DNA of 64,000 bases from positions 14,283 to 78,282 of the forward strand of contig JBBCKI010000018.1 in NCBI GenBank assembly GCA_037190965.1. The letters run 5' to 3'. The translations under genes and the position numbers were made by a program. This DNA is from Chthoniobacteraceae bacterium (lineage in GTDB: Bacteria; Verrucomicrobiota; Verrucomicrobiia; Chthoniobacterales; Chthoniobacteraceae). Positions 39,016 through 47,404 of this stretch are shown one piece after another (position 1 is the first letter of the stretch; the number at the start of each line of letters is the position of its first letter). The notes below the pieces were generated by a model that was not told the origin of the DNA, searched no databases, and saw nothing but the letters and a program-made list of their open reading frames with translations.

Positions 39016-40146
39016 ATGGCGTCCAATATTAAGCAGTCATCCGCCGTTCTATCTGCAAGGCAAGTGGAGCAGTATTATCGACGGGAGATTTTGACGTCGA
39101 AGCTCAAGCCGGGCGATAAGCTGCCGCCTAACCAGGAGTTGGCCCGCCTTTGGTCTACCAGTACATTTGCCGTTCAGCAGGCGCTTGCAAATCTGACTGC
39201 CGAAGGGTTGCTGGATCGTCGTCAACGGCGGGGCACGTTCGTGAGGGATCTGAAAGAGCGTCCCTTGGTGGGGGTGCTTTTTGGTGAAGATCTCATTCGT
39301 GAACCGGCGGGTTTTTACAGGGCCTTGTCCGCGTCCATCAAGGAACACCTTGAGCGGGAAACGCATTTGTTGGGAAGGGTCTACGATGGGTTGACTGAGT
39401 CTGCCCAGGCCGATCAGTCCAAGGATACAATCGGCCGTCGCTCATCGGAGCGTCTGCATCAGGATCGTAAGAATTATTGCTTCAAAGGGTTCATCTGCAT
39501 TGGCACTTCCAACGTCCGGAGGAAAGATATTTTCGATGACCTGCAACCGCGATCCGTCTTTGAGGACGTCAAAAGAGGGGTTGATATTCTGATTGATCGG
39601 GCTCACTTCGGCGAAGAGACCATCTCTCAACTGGCCGCGCGGGGCTTTCGCAAGATTGCCTATCTTCAGGTAGTCGGGCCAGGTTCGCTATCTTCCGATA
39701 GTGTTTCGCCGGAAATTCAGGGCGTATTTGACATTGCCAAGCGCCTGTCGATCCCCAAGCCGGTTATTCACAAGATCGAGCTTCCGTCCACGGCCCGCTC
39801 GATCGAGAGGGAGTTTCATCGGCTGCTGGAGCCGTTGTTTGCGAAAGGCGGGGGGCTCGTGAAGAAGAACGGCCCCGAGGTGATCATCGTCCCTGACGAT
39901 ATTCTCGCGCGTCCGGTTATCCTGAAATTGTTGAAGCACGGGATTCGCATCCCCGAGGATGTGAAGATTTGCGTGCAGACCAATGAGTGCGTCGATATTT
40001 GTTACGGCGTTCCTGTTTATCGTTATGAAATTTCCGTGCACGAAATTGCGCGCAATCTGGTTGGGTTGCTTCATTCTCGAATGGCGAACAATCAGGGGCA
40101 GGAAGTGCCCGTTATGATTCGTGGCAAGTTTTTGGACCTAGATTGA
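39016..40146 (+). CDS. GntR wHTH plus LacI-type sugar-binding domain regulator
   Basis: LKPGDKLPPNQELARLW...GLLDRRQRRGTFV and C-terminal DDILA...GIRIPEDVKI. Divergent from the PEP-CTERM operon. Confidence 0.85.
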   Translation: MASNIKQSSAVLSARQVEQYYRREILTSKLKPGDKLPPNQELARLWSTSTFAVQQALANLTAEGLLDRRQRRGTFVRDLKERPLVGVLFGEDLIREPAGFYRALSASIKEHLERETHLLGRVYDGLTESAQADQSKDTIGRRSSERLHQDRKNYCFKGFICIGTSNVRRKDIFDDLQPRSVFEDVKRGVDILIDRAHFGEETISQLAARGFRKIAYLQVVGPGSLSSDSVSPEIQGVFDIAKRLSIPKPVIHKIELPSTARSIEREFHRLLEPLFAKGGGLVKKNGPEVIIVPDDILARPVILKLLKHGIRIPEDVKICVQTNECVDICYGVPVYRYEISVHEIARNLVGLLHSRMANNQGQEVPVMIRGKFLDLD

Positions 40147-40248
40147 ACCCCGGGTTTTTTTCGGCGGCGAACCGTCACAACGTCGGATTTCGGGTCTCCC
40201 ATGCATGAGAAGCCGTGCTTTTTGTGAGTTCGGTGGTACGCTCTCTAC

Positions 40249-40914
40249 ATGGGCTTCCTGATTGATCGGTTGAAGCACTGGGATGCACATCATCGGCTGC
40301 TGGTTGCGCTAGGAGCCGCGATTGTGGCTGAGATTTTGGGGACGGGGCATTGGTCCACCCCGGTGCTTATTGTCGTGTCGTGGAATGTCTTTGCTTTGAC
40401 ACTTCTGCTCCTCGCCTGGGTGCGGATTGTCACGGGCGATCCGACGCGCTTTTTGCGGGAGGCGAGATTTCAGGATTTCGGGAACACGGTGATGTTTTTC
40501 GGGGTGCTGGCCGCCGCCTGCGTCAGTCTCTTCGCAGTTGCCTACCTGCTGGGCAGCGGCAGGCCAGTGAGCAGGGAGGCACTCAGCGGTCACGTCCTTC
40601 TCTCCATTCTGACGGTGGTGTGCTCATGGAGCCTCGTGCACACGCTATTCGCCCTTCATTATGCCCATTTGTTTCACGGCGACAGGAAGGGCGCGAAGGG
40701 GGGCGTCAAATTTCCCAACGAATTCAACCCCGATTACCTCGACTTTGCTTATTTCTCCTTCGTGATCGGGATGACCTGCCAGGTTTCCGACGTCCAAGTG
40801 ACGGGGAAGCGCATCCGGAGCCTTGTTCTATTGCATGGGCTCGTCTCCTTCGCCTTCAATGCCGCGATCCTCGCGCTGGCGATCAATATCGTCTCGGGGC
40901 TGGTGACGAAGTAA
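40249..40914 (+). CDS. DUF1345 family membrane protein
   Basis: HTLFALHYAH and PDYLDFAYFSFVIGMTCQVSDV motifs. Confidence 0.88.
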   Translation: MGFLIDRLKHWDAHHRLLVALGAAIVAEILGTGHWSTPVLIVVSWNVFALTLLLLAWVRIVTGDPTRFLREARFQDFGNTVMFFGVLAAACVSLFAVAYLLGSGRPVSREALSGHVLLSILTVVCSWSLVHTLFALHYAHLFHGDRKGAKGGVKFPNEFNPDYLDFAYFSFVIGMTCQVSDVQVTGKRIRSLVLLHGLVSFAFNAAILALAINIVSGLVTK

Positions 40915-40940
40915 AAGTGATCGATTCGGAGGACCTGCAA

Positions 40941-41086
40941 GGTAGCCCGTCCTCACCGAAAGCGCGGGATCGATGAAGAGCCGCGTTTGACGCCCATCCC
41001 CGCAGGACGTGCTGCCGGTGTTGGGTTGCGGGCTCAATAAAGCCACGGGAGCCGATACCCGCGCTCGACGGCGCGAGCGGGCTACC
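40941..41086. repeat. Full-length GTAG-type REPIN/MITE, family 1 (146 bp)
   Basis: Ends GGTAGCCC...GGGCTACC. Homologous to 57322-57463 and 63865-64000, which are in the opposite orientation. Confidence 0.8.
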
Positions 41087-41100
41087 AGTTCTGCCGCACT

Positions 41101-44100
41101 TTACAGCATTCCCAACTGCCCCTTGAAGATCCAGGCCAGCGCCTTGACGCCGAGTTCCAGCAGGTTAAACGGCTTGGCAATGAAATCGTTGCCGCCGCTG
41201 AGGCTCGATTGCACGCGATTCTGCACGGTCACAGCCCCCGTCAGGAAGACCACCGGGGTCTTCTTGTGTTCGGGGAGTTTGCGGATCTTGGTGCAGAGGT
41301 CGAAGCCGTTCATCTCGGGCAGCCCGACGTCGATGAAAATCAGGTCGAACCGCTGTTCATTGAGCACGGCCAGCGTGGTCTTGGGATCCTCGGCGCAGGT
41401 GACCTTGAGGCTGACGAGTTCCATGGCCGAGCGGATGATCTTCCGCGCGTCCTGATCGTCATCGACCGCAAAAATATTGGCGAGATACGGGTCTTTCGTC
41501 CGGGAAAGGTTCTTCTCTTCCAGGAGCGTGGCCAAAAAGTCGAGCGATTGGCTGACGGTCCGCAGGGTCGAAGGGTTAATCTGCCCGGGGATCTTCATCA
41601 GATCGTCGAGCAGCGACTCCAGGGCATAGGCCATGGTGTGGACGGCGGTGAGGTTCGCCTGAGAGGTCTGCTCGGTCAGCTTGTGCAGGCTGACAAGGAG
41701 CTGCTCCAGCAGACTTGTCTCGCTCTGGTTCTTGATGAAAGCGTGGAGATAACGCCGCATCCCGTTGAGGGACTCGGGCGCGGTGTCGATGATCTTGCGG
41801 AGCAACGCGGGATCGACTTCCAGCTTGATGGTGGTCGAGTTTTCCGGGCGGCCAAGATGAGGCGCGGTGCGTTGGATCTTGTGGATTTTGTGGATCTGTG
41901 ATCCGGCGGGCTCGGACGACTCGGCGATCTGGGGTTCCACCGGAGCCATTGCCGCCGGAGCCAGGGTAGGGGCTGCGGGTGTGAGGGGCTCAAGCCGCAG
42001 CACGGGCGGTTGCGCCGCGGGAGCTTTTGGCGGTTCCGGAGCTGGTGCAGGCGCGGGCGGAGGCGTGAAGGCAAGCTTCGGCTCGGGGATTGGAACTGGG
42101 GTGGGGACCGGGGCCGGTGCAGCCGCTTGGGCCATTAATTCGGTAATCCGGGCCTGTGCGGTGAGAAGTTGGGCTTCCAGATCGGCGAGGGCAGACCGGG
42201 CCTGATCCCGTTCCTGCGTGAGTTGATCGGCCGTTTCCTGGGGCATGCCGCCTCCCCGGGATTTTGTCAACGCGATGACCTGCCGGCGTTGCTCGTCGAG
42301 TTTTGCCGAAAGATCGCGGGTCTGGGCCTGTGCGGCGTCGAGTTGACGCTGCGCCTCGATCAGTTCCTTGGAGACGTCTTCGCAAACCTGCGCGGCGGCA
42401 TCGCGTTCCGAGGCAAACGCTTCGGCCTGCAGTTCGGCTTCGGTGATCTTCGAAGTGAGTTCGTCGCATTGCGCCTGTAGCGTGCCGTTGGCGGCCGCGA
42501 TGGACTCCGTGCGGGCAATCTCGGCGTCGAGTTTGGCGGCCAGCCCGGCGGTTTCGGCGTCGGCTGCTTCGCGTTGCTGGACGAGCGTTTCGATTTCCTT
42601 GGCGCTGGCGGCTGCTTTTGTCGCGAGTTCCTCGGCATGCTTGCGGGCGTTGTCGAGTTCGGCGGCGGTCGCGTTGGCCTGTTCCTCAGCCTGCTTCCGT
42701 GTCTGATCGAGTTCGGCGGCCAGCCGCTGGATTTCCTGCTGCGTTTTCTCCTGCTCCGCGCTGAGGGCTTCGCGTGCTTTAAGCACGTCTTCGAGCTTGG
42801 CGGCGAGTTCTTTGCCGGATTGAGTCGCGGCGTCGTGGTTGCTGGAGAGCGCGGCGTTTTTCTGCTCGGCGTCGGCCAGCTTTGCCGCGAGTTCCTCGGC
42901 ATGTTTGCGGGCGTTGTCGAGTTCGGAGCCGGTCGCATTGGCCTGCTCCTGAGCCTGTTTTCGCGCCTGGTCGAGTTCGGCGGCAAGCCGTTGGATCTCC
43001 TGTTGCGCTTTATCCTGTTCCGCGCAGAGGTTCTCGCGGCCTTTGATCGCTTCGTCGAGTTTGGCGGCGAGTTCCTTGCCGGATTGGGTCGCGGCGTCGT
43101 GGTTGCTGGAAAGGGCGGCGATTCTTTGTCCGGCATCGGCCAGCTTTGCCGTCAAGTCCTCGGCCTGCTTGCGGGCGTGGTCGCGTTCGGCAGTGGTGGT
43201 GCTGATGGCGTTCCCTTGCTCTTGAGCCTGCTTTCGCGCTGTTTCAAGCTCGGCGGCAATCTGCGCTATCTCCTTTTGAGCGTCGTCGCGTTCCTTGGAG
43301 AGGGTGTCGCGGGCTTTGATGACTTCGTCAAGCTTCGCGGAGAGTTCATCGCCAAGCCGGGTGGCGGCGGTGTGATCGCCGGAAAGCGCGGCTACTTTCT
43401 CTTCGGTCTCGATGAGCTTTGCCGCAAGTTCGTCTGCCTGTTTGCGGGCACTGTCGAGTTCGGCGGCGGTGGCGATTCCTTGTTCGTCGGCTTCCTTTCG
43501 GGCTTGTTGAACCTGTTCGAGCTCGGCGGTGAGGCGTTGAATCTCCCCTTGGGCGTGATCGCGTTCCTTGGAGAGCGCGTCGCGGGTTTTAAGCGCGTCG
43601 TCGAGCTTGGCGGAAAGTTCGTTGCCCAACTGGGTGGCGGCCTCATGATTGCCGGAAAGCGCGGCGTTCTTTTGCTCTGCGTCTGCCAGCTTCGCCGTCA
43701 GCGCTTCGGCCTGCTTGCGGGCGTCGTCGCGCTCGGCCGTCAGGGTGCCGGCTTGTTCCTGACCCTGCTGCCGGGTTTGATCGAGTTCAGCGGAAAGCCG
43801 GGAGATTTCCTTTTGGGCGTCATCGCGCTCTTTGGAAAGGGCGGCGCGGGTCTTGATGGCCTCGTCGAGCTTGGCAGAGAGTTCGTCGCCGAGTTGGTTG
43901 GCGGCTTCGTGATCGCCGGAAAGGGCGACGATTTTCTTTTCAGCCTCAGTTAGCTTCGCCGCAAGGTCTTCGGCCTGCTTGCGGGCTTCATCGCGCTCGG
44001 CGGCGGTGGCTTTGATGGCCTCGGCTTGCTTTTTAACCTCCTCCTTGGCCCGGTTTTGGGCTTCCCCGAGTTCAGCGGTAAGCCGTTGGATTTCCTTTTG

Positions 44101-47100
44101 AGCGTCATCGCGCTCTTTGGAGAGAGCGTCGCGGCTCTTGAGGGCTTCGTCGAGCTTGGCGGAAAGTTCGTTTCCGAGCTTGGTGGCGGATTCGTGGTTG
44201 CCGGAAAGGGCGGCGACCTTCTTCTCGGTGTCCGCCAGCTTCGCGGCGAGTTCGGCCGCCTGCTTGCGGGCGTCGTCGCGCTCGGCGGCGGTGACGTTGA
44301 TGGTCTCCCCCTGTTCCTGGGCCTGCTGCTGAGCCCGGTTTTGGGTCTCTGCAAGCTCGGAGGAGAGGCGTTGAGTTTCTCCCTGCGCCTGATCGAGCTC
44401 TTTGGAGAGCGCGTCGCGGGTTTTGAGGGCGTCGTCGAGTTTCGCGGAAAGCTCGTTGCCGAGTTTGGCGACCGCTTCGTGATCGCCGGAAAGGGAGGCG
44501 TTCTTCTTCTCGGCGTCAGCTAGCTTTGCCTTCAGTGCCTCGACATGCTCACGGGCGCGATCGAGTTCGGCGGAGGTGGCGTCTGCCTGCTCCTGAGCCT
44601 GTTTCTGCGCTTGGGCTAGGTCGGCAGTCAGGCGCTGGACTTCGTGGAGCGCGTGATCGCGTTCCTTGGCCAGGGCTTCGCGGGCTTTGAGGGCGTCATC
44701 CAGCTTGGAGGAAAGCTCATTGCCGAGTTCGGTGGCGGCGGAATGATCTCCTGAGAGCGCGGCGATCTTCTGTTCGACGCCTGCCAGTTTTGCGGTCAGT
44801 TCTTCCGCCTGCTGGAGCGCGCTGTTGCGTTCGGCGGTAATGGCGTCTGCGCGGTCCCTGGTTTGGGAAAGCTCCGAGGCGAGCCGTTCGTTTTCCTCCA
44901 GGGCGGCGTCGTTGTCCGAAGCGAGGCTTTCGATCTGTTGGTTGAGCCCGTCGACGGTGGAGGCGGTCTCCTCCAGCTCTTTCGTGAGGCTGGAAACCCG
45001 GTTGGACTCCTCCTCGAGCTGCGAGGAGAGCTGATTGTTGTGGTAATGCGCGCCGTCGCGATCTTTGACAAGACCCTCGATTTCGCCTTGCGCCTTTTCC
45101 AACTTGGCGGTCAAGCCCTGAATCTTGCTTTCCAGCGCCTCCCGCTCGCGCGCGAAATCCGCAAGGCGCGCTTCGGTTTCCGACAGCTTGGAGGAAAGCG
45201 TTTCACCGACGTTCAGAGCGTCGTTATGTTTGCCGGTGGCGGCATCGTACCGCGCCCGCGCTTCGACGAGTTCCCCGGAGAGCGTTTCGATCTGTGACTG
45301 CGCCCGGAGTTGTTGCCCGGCGAGTTTGGTAATCTCCGAGTTGGAGCGTTCGACCTGCCCCTCGAGCGTTTCGTTTTTCTGGCGAACCTCGTCGTGCTGT
45401 TGGGAAAGGGCGGCAAGCTCCGCGCGGGCCTCGGCCAATCGGGCCGCGAGGGTGTCCCCCTCTTTGCCGGCCTCGGTCCGGGCCTTTGCCAGATCGTCGA
45501 TCTTCGCCCGGGCTTCGGCAAGCTTGGCTGCCAACTCTTCGCTGCGGCGCTTCTCCTCGCTTCGTTCGCGCCCGAGCGCTTCGAGCCGCTCTTTGGCTTC
45601 GTTCAATTCCGAGGAAAGGGACTCTTGAGCTTCCTGGTTCCCGTCGAGCTGTTTGGAAAGGGAGGAGATCTCCGTCTTCTGCTCTTCGACGAGGAACGAG
45701 AGCTCTTTTCGGGCCTTGAGGGCGGCCTCCAGTTCGGCGTTCTTTTCGGCAAGGTTCTTCTCAGCTTCGCTGAGTTTGCCGTTGGCGGCCTCTTCGCGGG
45801 CGCGAACGGCCTTCAACTCGACGTTCAAGGTCTCGCTCTGTTTCTCCAGAGTTGCTTTCTCTTCGGCGAGAGCGGCTTGTTCCTTGCGAGCCTGGGCGAG
45901 GTTTTCCTCGTGCCTCTCGAGGCTCTGCGCCTTGCCGGAAGCGGCTTTGCGGGCTTCCTCCAGTTCTCCGGTCGCCCGGGTCAGGCGGTCCTGGGTCTCG
46001 GCGAGTTGCGCCTGGAGCTTTTCGGCAAGCGCTGCATTTTCCTTCGCCGCCGCTTCTTTTTCCCGGGTCTGTTGGGATGAGGCTTCGAGATCTTTTGAGG
46101 CCCGTTCGAGGCTCGCGTTGAGCGTGTCGACCGCTTTCTGGAGTTCGTCCCGCTGGCGGGTCAGCTCGGCGGTGAGCTTCTGTGGCTCTTCGATCTTCGC
46201 GGCGAGCAGCTTTGCTTCTCCGGTCAGTTTTTCCCGCTCATCGGCCAGCATTTTCTCCAAAGCGGATGCATGGGCTTCCGTCTTGGAGAGTTTGGACGCG
46301 GCGCGCTCGACCGCCTGCCTCAGGGCATCACGCTCGGCGAGAAGGGCGTCGCTTTCCTTCTGGAGCTCGATCCGCTGCTTGGCGGCGACTTCGGAGGCTG
46401 CAACGGCTTCATTTCGCGCCTTGGTGAGTGCCTCGATTTCCTTTCGGGCCTCGGCTAGAGGGAGATTTTCCTCTTCCGTGGTTGAGAGCGGACCGGTCTG
46501 GCGCTTCTGGTCGGCGGCGGTCTCCGTCCCGCTGGGGGCTTTGGGCGCCTTGGCGGTTTTCCCTTTGGCCTCGATGACCGGAACGCGGATTTCGGCCTTG
46601 TAGATTCCCTCGACCGTGCCGAAGCGGATTTTGTCGCCGTCGTTCAGCTCGGCCTCGATGATCGTCTGGCCGTTGATGAAAGTTTTATTGGTGGAATTGA
46701 GGTCCTTGAGCCGATACCGCCCGTTGAGCCGGATGAACTGCGCGTGATGTCCCGAGACGGAGGCATCTTTGAGCCGGATAAGGTTGTCGGACTTCCAGCC
46801 CACCGTCACCAGGGCGTCCACCAACTTGTGGACCGCTTCGGGATCGCTTGCAGTCGCCGCAATGGTCAGCTTGCCGACACAGGTCGCCTCCGTGGCAAGT
46901 TTCTGCTTGGGGTCGTTTCCCGCCGTCCGAAAGACGCACTCCACCGATCCGAACCGGATGTTGTCCGTGTCGTTGAGCAACGCCTCGGCCACTGCCACCC
47001 CGTTAATCCAGCTTTTGTTCGTGGAGCCAAGATCCTTCAGGCGGAACCGGTCCCCCTCCCGGATCAACTGGGCGTGATGCCGGGAGATGGAGGGGTCCTG

Positions 47101-47208
47101 AATCTGGATGACGTTTTCGCCTGCCCAACCGACAGTGACGATCTCCTTTCCGGAGAGTTCATGCGTCACAGTGCCGGAATCGGGAAGGTGAATTTGCAGT
47201 GTGGGCAT
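41101..47208 (-). CDS. Giant FHA-FHA / long coiled-coil / Hpt-like / receiver-domain protein (2035 aa)
   Basis: Two FHA domains (SISRHHA..DLGSTN; SVSGHHA..DLNSTN), roughly 1450 aa of coiled coil, a Pro-rich linker, an Hpt-like helix (LHKLTEQ...AYALESLL) and an intact REC (VDDD, IDVGLPEMNG, FLTG, FIAKPF). Confidence 0.85.
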   Translation of the reverse strand: MPTLQIHLPDSGTVTHELSGKEIVTVGWAGENVIQIQDPSISRHHAQLIREGDRFRLKDLGSTNKSWINGVAVAEALLNDTDNIRFGSVECVFRTAGNDPKQKLATEATCVGKLTIAATASDPEAVHKLVDALVTVGWKSDNLIRLKDASVSGHHAQFIRLNGRYRLKDLNSTNKTFINGQTIIEAELNDGDKIRFGTVEGIYKAEIRVPVIEAKGKTAKAPKAPSGTETAADQKRQTGPLSTTEEENLPLAEARKEIEALTKARNEAVAASEVAAKQRIELQKESDALLAERDALRQAVERAASKLSKTEAHASALEKMLADEREKLTGEAKLLAAKIEEPQKLTAELTRQRDELQKAVDTLNASLERASKDLEASSQQTREKEAAAKENAALAEKLQAQLAETQDRLTRATGELEEARKAASGKAQSLERHEENLAQARKEQAALAEEKATLEKQSETLNVELKAVRAREEAANGKLSEAEKNLAEKNAELEAALKARKELSFLVEEQKTEISSLSKQLDGNQEAQESLSSELNEAKERLEALGRERSEEKRRSEELAAKLAEARAKIDDLAKARTEAGKEGDTLAARLAEARAELAALSQQHDEVRQKNETLEGQVERSNSEITKLAGQQLRAQSQIETLSGELVEARARYDAATGKHNDALNVGETLSSKLSETEARLADFAREREALESKIQGLTAKLEKAQGEIEGLVKDRDGAHYHNNQLSSQLEEESNRVSSLTKELEETASTVDGLNQQIESLASDNDAALEENERLASELSQTRDRADAITAERNSALQQAEELTAKLAGVEQKIAALSGDHSAATELGNELSSKLDDALKAREALAKERDHALHEVQRLTADLAQAQKQAQEQADATSAELDRAREHVEALKAKLADAEKKNASLSGDHEAVAKLGNELSAKLDDALKTRDALSKELDQAQGETQRLSSELAETQNRAQQQAQEQGETINVTAAERDDARKQAAELAAKLADTEKKVAALSGNHESATKLGNELSAKLDEALKSRDALSKERDDAQKEIQRLTAELGEAQNRAKEEVKKQAEAIKATAAERDEARKQAEDLAAKLTEAEKKIVALSGDHEAANQLGDELSAKLDEAIKTRAALSKERDDAQKEISRLSAELDQTRQQGQEQAGTLTAERDDARKQAEALTAKLADAEQKNAALSGNHEAATQLGNELSAKLDDALKTRDALSKERDHAQGEIQRLTAELEQVQQARKEADEQGIATAAELDSARKQADELAAKLIETEEKVAALSGDHTAATRLGDELSAKLDEVIKARDTLSKERDDAQKEIAQIAAELETARKQAQEQGNAISTTTAERDHARKQAEDLTAKLADAGQRIAALSSNHDAATQSGKELAAKLDEAIKGRENLCAEQDKAQQEIQRLAAELDQARKQAQEQANATGSELDNARKHAEELAAKLADAEQKNAALSSNHDAATQSGKELAAKLEDVLKAREALSAEQEKTQQEIQRLAAELDQTRKQAEEQANATAAELDNARKHAEELATKAAASAKEIETLVQQREAADAETAGLAAKLDAEIARTESIAAANGTLQAQCDELTSKITEAELQAEAFASERDAAAQVCEDVSKELIEAQRQLDAAQAQTRDLSAKLDEQRRQVIALTKSRGGGMPQETADQLTQERDQARSALADLEAQLLTAQARITELMAQAAAPAPVPTPVPIPEPKLAFTPPPAPAPAPEPPKAPAAQPPVLRLEPLTPAAPTLAPAAMAPVEPQIAESSEPAGSQIHKIHKIQRTAPHLGRPENSTTIKLEVDPALLRKIIDTAPESLNGMRRYLHAFIKNQSETSLLEQLLVSLHKLTEQTSQANLTAVHTMAYALESLLDDLMKIPGQINPSTLRTVSQSLDFLATLLEEKNLSRTKDPYLANIFAVDDDQDARKIIRSAMELVSLKVTCAEDPKTTLAVLNEQRFDLIFIDVGLPEMNGFDLCTKIRKLPEHKKTPVVFLTGAVTVQNRVQSSLSGGNDFIAKPFNLLELGVKALAWIFKGQLGML
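42619..44790 (-). repeat. Eight intragenic tandem repeats of 88-95 codons
   Basis: Unit KL...E.K.AALS(G/S)(D/N)H.AA...G.EL.AKLD..., with lengths 88, 95, 95, 88, 91, 91, 88, 88 aa. Confidence 0.9.
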
Positions 47209-47404
47209 AGGGGGAGAGACAGGTTCCTAAAAGGCCGTTTTCAGGCACATTCAAATCGGTCTGGGAAGCATCGGCAACGCGAATCTATGGGTGCGGGGCG
47301 CTCTTATACGAATGGGTACGAACTCTAACAAGCCATAGTTTCCCGTGGGGGCAATAGTTTATCCTCAATAGGGCAGCAATTTCCGGGCGCGCAGATAATA
47401 AAGT

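Noticed and set aside
42619..44790. CRISPR array or non-coding repeat array
   Set aside because: The repeats are in-frame coding units of 264-285 bp with no repeat-spacer structure and no cas genes.
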